A model generated the notes under the pieces. That model saw only the letters and a list, made by a program, of their open reading frames with translations. It did not search any database and had not been told where the DNA came from. A stretch of DNA of 64,000 nt from the human T2T-CHM13v2.0 reference genome, Homo sapiens. Position 1 is the first letter of the stretch, and every line of letters begins with the position of its first letter. The stretch lies in the NCBI GenBank assembly GCA_009914755.4, contig CP086569.2, positions 3,200,001 to 3,264,000 on the forward strand, written 5' to 3'. This document shows positions 57,171 through 64,000 of this stretch, in pieces. Made by a program: the position numbers and the translations under genes.

Positions 57171-60100
57171 TTGATGATGTTCCAAAAACCCAAGTAGTCA
57201 GTCCCTTGTGTACTGTGGTAAACCTGTTTATGTTCACCCCAACTTATTTGTATGCTTATCTTTTATAGAGGCATCTTTCTTTCTACTGGTTTTATGAGTA
57301 CCAATCTTAATTATTGGGACTAAATTCTGTCAGATATTTCAGTGTTTCCAGGTGAAAGACACTAAGGTGCCATCATAATGAACACTGCAGCAAAGATTTC
57401 TTAACTCTCCTTCCTCCTGGATTTGAACTCTTTAGACCATCAGACTAGTACATCTGAGATTAAACATCAAGCTGAGATTTCAGAGATAAATGTTTTTGGC
57501 TTTCTAGCCAACTTTCTTAATCCCAGGGTTGCTACATATAATAAGTCACCCCTCTTTCTCCCTCTCTCTCGGTAATCTCTGTTCATTAGTATGAGTGATA
57601 GAAAAGAAAGCCTCTATAAAAATGGCTATAACATCCCTCATTTTATTGTTGGAGTTTTGTGAAGCTTTCAATTCTTATATTCCTTTTTGTACAGTTTTGG
57701 CCAATTTTGAAGAAGTAGTTATTCTTTGCAGGGAGTTGACCATGAGAGCCAAAGTACAGTAAATTCATGAACATTTTTTTGCATAAAGGTGAACTCTTCT
57801 TGCTTTGAGCAGTGAAAAGTCTGCATAAAGGTATGAAAATTCCAAATGTTAATTTTCTCTTATTGGCTGTTGGTTAGATAGTTGGTTTTAGAGAATACTT
57901 TTTATTGATTTTAATTATAAAAGTAAAAACATAACAAAAAATAGAAAAAAACTGACAAAAAAATTCCCTGGAAGAAACCAAAGGAAGATAATTTAGAAAG
58001 AAACAAAATGAATCAATATATAACATGTCAGCAAAAAGTGAAGTAGATCCAGGTATTCTATTATTTTATCTTTTTAATACATTTATGTATTTTTCCTTTT
58101 AAAATTCTTGGTTTGGTAGGGAGTGGGGTAGGAATGTAAAAAGCTTCAGACCGGTCCCGCATGAAAATAATCCTATTGTCTTATAAAGGCAGCTTTTTCA
58201 CAAGTACAGGCAGATTTTCACTAGGATACGAACAGAAAGATACTACCCCAGAGAGCTGTAATTTTACTTCTCTGCTTTTAGGGAGCTAAAACCTGAGGAA
58301 TCTAGGGCTATAAATTGGACTCTAGCCTGATTCTGATTCTGCTCTAATGTGAAATAGATCATGATTTGTCTGCTTCTAGGGCCATTTTTTATATTGTTAT
58401 CTAATTATTGGCAATTTTAAATATAAGATGCCGTATCTTATTTAGGCATCTTAACAAACAATAGTCATGAGTTTTTACTTTGCATATTATAAGTTTCCAT
58501 GTTACCAGAAAGGAAACAGGCCCACATTCCCAAACTGTTGTTTCTGAAATAAACTAAAATAGGAAGGAGTTGAGGTTCCTAAGGCATACATGAATCCAGG
58601 GGCATTTAGAAGGAAGTGGTATAAAAACATTCATCGTAACCTTACTGAGGAGGGCCCGTAAACACTCAAGGAAACGCCCAAACCATTTTGTTTATAGTGC
58701 CTGGCAAAAAGCATTTTCTGCATATGGATACATAGAAGGCTCTTATTCAAGGAAAGGACGTTTGCTATCTGGGTGGCAAGATTTCTAGACTCAGCCTAGA
58801 GTATTTCTATACACTCATTTCTGGACCCTTACTACTTTGTCCTGTAGCTTTCTAACTGGTCTTAGGTCTCAGGCTTTTCTCTTTCTCAGTTGAAAATGAA
58901 GTTAATTGCAACTTTAGTGCTGAAGTCTGAAAAAGGAAGTTTCTTATTGTCTGGCCTCTTATAGACAATATAAGAGGCTTGTTTCCTCTTGTTTCTAGAG
59001 GCTGAGGCCACTTGGACTGTTCCTGTAGAATGACTATTGTAGTACTTGTTTATTAATAACTTTATTATTATTGTAAAATGACTGTGGAATCATTGTAAAA
59101 TCAGTGCTGCTGTAGAACTTACTCAAAGGTGAATATGTTGGGATTACAGTGGTATTTGTCCATTTCTGTTGTGCACTTTGTAATGGTGAATTGTGGTCTA
59201 CAATTGTGTTCTAGCTTTAACTCTATTATATCGAAAGAAATTGGGGAGAACTGTTCTCGGTTTTGTGCTACAAACATGGAGAAGAAGCAGTTGCTATATA
59301 CAACAGAATTTTTATTGTTGAAATTTTTGCCAAATAAATGTACTTTTTTTCATATAAAAGGACCAACTGTGTTTGTGATTCCACCAGGCTTTAACCACTT
59401 TGAAGTTGTAGCTTCTTTATGCATGTTTTTTTCTATAAGAGTGAAATTTAGGAAGCTATAATCTACTTCACTTTGTGGAGAGAAAAGGCGATAATTTTCT
59501 AAAGAAACTAAGTTTGGAAAACATAACCACCAATTCCATGTTATTTGAGTTTGAGAACTATGTAAAACCTGATAAAGAGTTTCTGAAACAATGGTCTTGT
59601 GGAAGTGAAAGGGTGAAGATAGCATTGAGAATATCTTGGTTAGGATTTTTTCTTTTTCCTTTTTTTTTTTTCTTCCAAAGTATTGGGAGTCATTTATATT
59701 TCCAGAAGTGTACAAGAATTTCTATTCCTCTACACTTTTACCAATACATAATATCAATTTTCAATTTTTCTCAAGCCAATAGCTATAAAACAGCCTAGCA
59801 TTATTCATTTGCCTTTGTCTGATTAATAGCAAAATTGAACACCTTTACATATTTTTCTTTTGCCACTCATTTTTTCCTCTTCTGTTGAAATCAATTGCTT
59901 AATTTTTCCTTTCTGCTTTGCCTTACTTATCCAGTGGCAGTTCTTCATAAATTGTATTACAATTATTTTGCTATATGAATTGCTAAATTCTTCCAATTTG
60001 TGCATCTCTTTTTAGTTTATTGATGGTGTCTTTTGTCATACAAAATTTCAAATGTTATTATATGCAAATTTGTTAGTTTTCCTTTATGAGTTGTGCTCTT

Positions 60101-60194
60101 TGTGCCTTATTTAAGAAATCTGTCATTGCCTAGGTATAATGAAGATATTTTCCTGTGTTTTCTTCTGTAAGTTTCTTTTTAAATTTTGCTTTAA

Positions 60195-60475
60195 GTTCTT
60201 GGACACATGTGCAGAATATGCACGTTTGTTATATAGGTATACATTGCAGAATGTGCAGGTTTGTTACATAGGTATACATGTGCCATGGTGGTTTGCTGCA
60301 CCTATCAACCCATCATCTAGGTTTTAAGCCCCACGTGCATTAGATATTTGTCTTGTCCCCGACCCCCTGACAGTCCCCAGTGTGTGATGTTCCCCTGCGT
60401 GTGTCCCTGTGTTGTCATTGTTCAACTCCCACTTATGAGTGAAAACATGCGGTGTTTGGTTTTTTTCTTAAGAAA
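60195..60475 (-). mobile_element. L1 3'-end fragment (antisense), truncated by or adjacent to the LTR12 insertion
   Basis: ttgttcaactcccacttatgagtgaaaacatgcggtgtttggttttt is the reverse complement of the L1 terminal ORF2/3'UTR junction (...hmfslicg...). It is preceded by antisense 3'UTR acatgtgccatggtggtttgctgcacc. Contains a roughly 35-bp internal tandem duplication (tgcagaatatgcacgtttgttatataggtatacat / tgcagaatgtgcaggtttgttacataggtatacat). Confidence 0.7.
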
Positions 60476-60534
60476 GATACATTTTTATTAATCTATTTGG
60501 AATGACGGAAATATACAGTCAAAAGATGTAGGAT

Positions 60535-61869
60535 TGTGTCCGGAATTGGTGGGTTCTTGGTCTCACTGACTTCAAGAATGAAGCCGTGGACCCTCGTGGT
60601 GAGTGTTACAGCTCTTAAGGTGGCGCGTCTGGAGTTTGTTCCTCCTGTTGTTCGGATGTGTTCGGAATTTCTTCCTTCTGGTGCGTTCATGGTCTCGCCG
60701 CCTCAGGAGTGAAACTGCAGACCTTTGCCGTGTTATGGCTCATAAAGGCAGTGTGGACCCAAAGAGTGAGCAGCAGCAGAATTTATTGCAAAGAGCGAAA
60801 GAACAAAGCTTCCACAGCGTGGAAGGGGACCCGAGCAGGTTGCCACTGCTGGCTCGGGCAGCCTGCTTTTATTCTCTTATCTGGTCCCACCCACATCCTG
60901 CTGATTGGTAGAGCTGAGTGGTCTGTTTTGACAGGGCGCTGATTGGTGCGTTTACAATCCCAGAGCTAGACGCAAAGGTTCTCCACATCCCCACCAGATT
61001 AGCTAGATACCGAGTGTCCACACAAAGGTGCTCCAAGTCCCCACCAGAGTAGCTAGATACAGTGTTGATTGGTGCATTCACAAACCCTGAGCTAGACACA
61101 GGGTGCTGATTGGTGCACTCACAAACCCTGAACTAGACACAGGGTGCTGATTGGTGTATTTACAATCCCTGAGCTAGACATAAAGGTTCTCCACCTCACC
61201 ACCAGACTCAGGAGCCCAGCTGGCTTCACCCAGTGGATCCCACACCAGGGCTGCAGGTGGAGCTGCCTGCCAGTCCCGTGCCATGTGCCTGCACTCCTCA
61301 GCCCTTGGGTGGTCGATGGGACTAGGCACCGTGGAGCAGGGGGCGGCGCTCACCGGGGAGGCTTGGGCGGCACAGGAGCCCACGGGGCGGGTGGGGGCGG
61401 GGAGCCTCAGGCATGGCAGGCTACGTGTCCTGAGCCCTGCCCCGCCGGGAGGCAGCTAAGGCCTGGTGAGAAATTGAGCACAGGCCCGGTGGGCCGGCAC
61501 TGCTGGGGGACCCAGTACACCCTCCGCAGCTGCTGGCCTGGGTGCTAAACCCCTCATTGCCTGGGGCGGGCAGGGCCGGCCGGCTGCTCCGAGTGCGGGG
61601 CCTGCCAAGCCCACGCCCACGCCCACCCGGAACTCCAGCTGGCCCGCAAGCTCGGTGCACAGCCCCGGTTCCCGCTCGCACCTCTCCCTCCACATCTCCC
61701 TGCAAGCTGAGGGAGCCGGCTCCGGCCTTGGCCAGCCCAGAAAGGGTCTCCCACAGTGCAGTGGCAGGCTGAAGGGCTCCTCAAGTGCTGCCAAAGTGGG
61801 AGCCCAGGCAGAGGAGGCCCTGAGAGCGAGCGAGGGCCGTGAAGACTGCCAGCACGCTGTCACCTCTCA
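60535..61869 (+). mobile_element. Solo LTR12-family LTR (HERV9/ERV9 LTR), about 1.34 kb, same orientation as TGIF2LY
   Basis: Begins tgtgtccggaattggtgggttcttggtctcactgacttcaagaatgaagccg and ends ...gccagcacgctgtcacctctca. U3 contains five tandem ctgattggtg (reverse CCAAT/NF-Y) units at about 60900-61160, followed by a GC-rich R/U5 (ggagcccagctggcttcacccagtggatcc...). Closely matches the LTR12 consensus as I remember it. No PBS or internal HERV9 sequence follows, so I call it a solo LTR. Flanks aggat|...|ggatg suggest a 4-bp TSD (ggat). Confidence 0.85.
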
Positions 61870-64000
61870 GGATGAATAGGAAGTCCATAGGGTGGCTCTA
61901 ATAAGGAATAAGACATAACTGGTTATGAATAAAGTTGTTCTTTTCAGTGATCCCTCCACCCAGCCCCTCACTCTGTCTCTCTTGATTGATGTGAAAGTGA
62001 GATTCATCAGTGTGTACTTCAAGAATTTCGTATTAAAGATATTCTTAGAATGGGATTTCATTTCAATGTTTCTTAATCCTCTGGCATAAGAGCACATTTA
62101 TAAACAATGTAGTCATAAGGGATATCTTCACTCGTGTTCTTTCATATATCTCAAACTATACTAGATATATAATACCAGGGATTTTACTTTAGCTTATTTA
62201 TTAGAACAAGAATGCCTTTTACATGTATTATAACATGCTTTAATGTATACAGTGTATCTCAATGAAGGGAAAACATTGGAGTGGAATTTTCCTGGATATT
62301 TTATTAAATGAACACTAAGGCAAATAATATATTTTATCTATAGTCTCCTCAGCTAGCAGGGGCATACTTTGTGTGCCATGATTTAGTCACTTCAGTAAGT
62401 TTACATTCGGTCACTGAAAACATTAGTTTTCGATTTTCAAATAATCTCAACTCTTACATTTGACCAAATTTAGTTCTATTTCTATTTCACCTAATATATT
62501 TCAAGGACCTAGGCACTTGTATTATAATTATTTTTTTTAAGAAATGGCACTTTGTGTATATGTGTTTACTGTTAAAAATCTGCCATTTACCTTTTGGCTT
62601 TTTTAGTTCATCGTGGTAAAATGAGGACAGTAAGAGTAAGATAATGTGGATTTACTAGAAAGATGTCATATCTTTTGCAACAGGTAGAAGATAACTGAAA
62701 GTAGATCAAAGAATGTGGTTTGTCACATGAGAACGCATACAATTATAATTGATTATTTAAGGAGTTATGGATGGTTACTTTGTGTTTTTAGAACCTCATG
62801 ATATAGAATAGACTGAAACGTAATTCAAAAGGACTTCAAAAAATTATAGATAACTAAGCCAAGATCAATTTTAAAGGAAAAGTAAAATTCACTGGCCGAA
62901 ACCATTAAGGAAGAAATCTATGAGGTCAAACAGGGTCTTTCCTGATATAGTTGTGCTGTCATTTGTACAGGCCGAATAACAGGTTGGATAGTCCAAAAGT
63001 CTAATCTGGAATGGTACTTAATGCTTTCTATAAGATGCAAATTGGAAATGTGATAAATATGACTTAGAACATAGCTGTATTTAAACCTATTTTGAGCTCA
63101 TTTTCACTTTCAATAATGTTTTAACCTTATTTTAGCAATGTTCTTTACTTCAATGATACTAGCAGTATTTGGACTTTTAAGTTTGCATTTCTTTATATAA
63201 AACAGACAATAACAATGGGTGACCAGCATTTTTCTACTAGATATTCTATATATTGCAACCTGTAATTCCTTGTTATACCAATGTATAGTAAATGATTGCT
63301 TTTTATAGGATAATTATTCATGTTATAGAGCAGGGAGTTCTCAAATATTAAAATCCTGAACAGAGATTAATTTCTTGGCTTATTATATAATATAATGAAA
63401 AATGTTATAATTTATAATTTATTTTTACTTTTACTATCTTTTCAGAAATGCTATTTTTTTCCTTATTATCCTAAAGACAGCCTAAAGTATCTTAAAGTTC
63501 TTTCTTTAGCTTTTGAGGATATAATTTAGAAAAAGTTTAATAAGAAAGTATTGAAATCAATGATAATTTTGTAAAAGGTATAAAAAGGGGCTCTTTTTGC
63601 ATGCTACTGTAAATTTAATATAAAGCACTTATATGAACATTAATTTTTACCTCTACATCATAATATAAACTTTTACTGTTTTACTCTTAATTAAAGATAT
63701 CCTCAGTTTTCTGTTTTTTCCCCAGATAATCATTAAGTTTTATACAATACGCTTATGAAAACTTTAAAGAATTAAGAATCTAAAATTATAGTAACAAGCA
63801 AAATGTTGTATTGAATTAGAATAACATGCACGACTATGAAGTAATTAAACTTTTAATAGAAATATGTGAGGTAATGTTAGAAATTATTTTACATCCTCCT
63901 TTTTGCCAACCATGTTAAGTAGTCTACTAAACAAAAGAGCAGTAATGGGTTTGAATCGTAACAGGAGTGTGTGTGCATGCATACCTGTGTATGTGCTTGT

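Noticed and set aside
56576-57193. Alternative-frame ORF 56576-56983 (+, 135 aa) and antisense ORF 56807-57193 (-, 128 aa) overlapping the homeobox gene
   Set aside because: No homology, Ser/Ala/Gly/Arg-rich low-complexity translations typical of the alternative frames of a GC-richer CDS. The only meaningful second frame is the +2 X-type C-terminus reported separately.
60900-61160. Regular short tandem repeats (ctgattggtg...acaaaccctgagctagacac) that superficially resemble a repeat-spacer array
   Set aside because: This is eukaryotic retroviral LTR12 U3 with CCAAT-box tandem units, not a CRISPR array. Units are imperfect, there are no spacers of unique sequence, and the context is human.
61144-61879. 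Cluster of overlapping 74-135 aa ORFs on both strands in GC-rich DNA
   Set aside because: Inside the R/U5 part of the LTR12. High GC content suppresses stop codons; proline/glycine/arginine-rich nonsense translations.

Overview
This 64 kb window is human (primate) sex-chromosome DNA, not a prokaryotic or accessory-element locus. It is AT-rich and dominated by interspersed repeats, with one protein-coding gene. I see no sign of a novel multi-gene biological system here, and I would rather say so than invent one. What is interesting sits in the gene itself, its putative promoter and a neighbouring LTR.

Repeat content:
- At least 14 Alu insertions, several with recognisable target-site duplications, including full AluY-like copies.
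- Many LINE-1 fragments on both strands. These include a near-full-length old L1 at about 12.6-19.2 kb (+), a roughly 4 kb L1 at about 36.8-41.0 kb (+), and a rearranged antisense L1 at about 1.4-4.8 kb.
- Two MaLR LTRs, a pogo/Tigger-like DNA transposon remnant, a solo LTR12 (HERV9) LTR, and several microsatellites.

The one gene:
- The gene is an intronless-CDS TALE-homeobox gene of the TGIF2LX/TGIF2LY pair, on the + strand at 56446-57003.
- The ORF encodes exactly 185 aa and stops at 57003. A second, stop-free frame (to 57170) encodes the remembered TGIF2LX C-terminus.
- This matches the Y-linked copy, TGIF2LY (185 aa; the X copy is 241 aa). The Y copy carries an apparent 1-bp deletion near 56889.
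- So the window is most likely Yp11.2 X-transposed region. Xq21.31 is the roughly 99%-identical alternative.

Other points worth a second look:
- A perfect palindromic CRE (TGACGTCA) and a TATAAA box sit upstream of a 74-bp 5'UTR intron.
- A solo LTR12 with five NF-Y CCAAT repeats lies 2.9 kb downstream, in the same orientation.
- Several small structural oddities in the repeats: a 16-bp Alu tail insertion with a TSD, internal L1 deletions, and local tandem duplications.

All calls are by eye from the sequence and remembered consensus sequences. Coordinates of repeat boundaries are approximate (about +/-20 bp).
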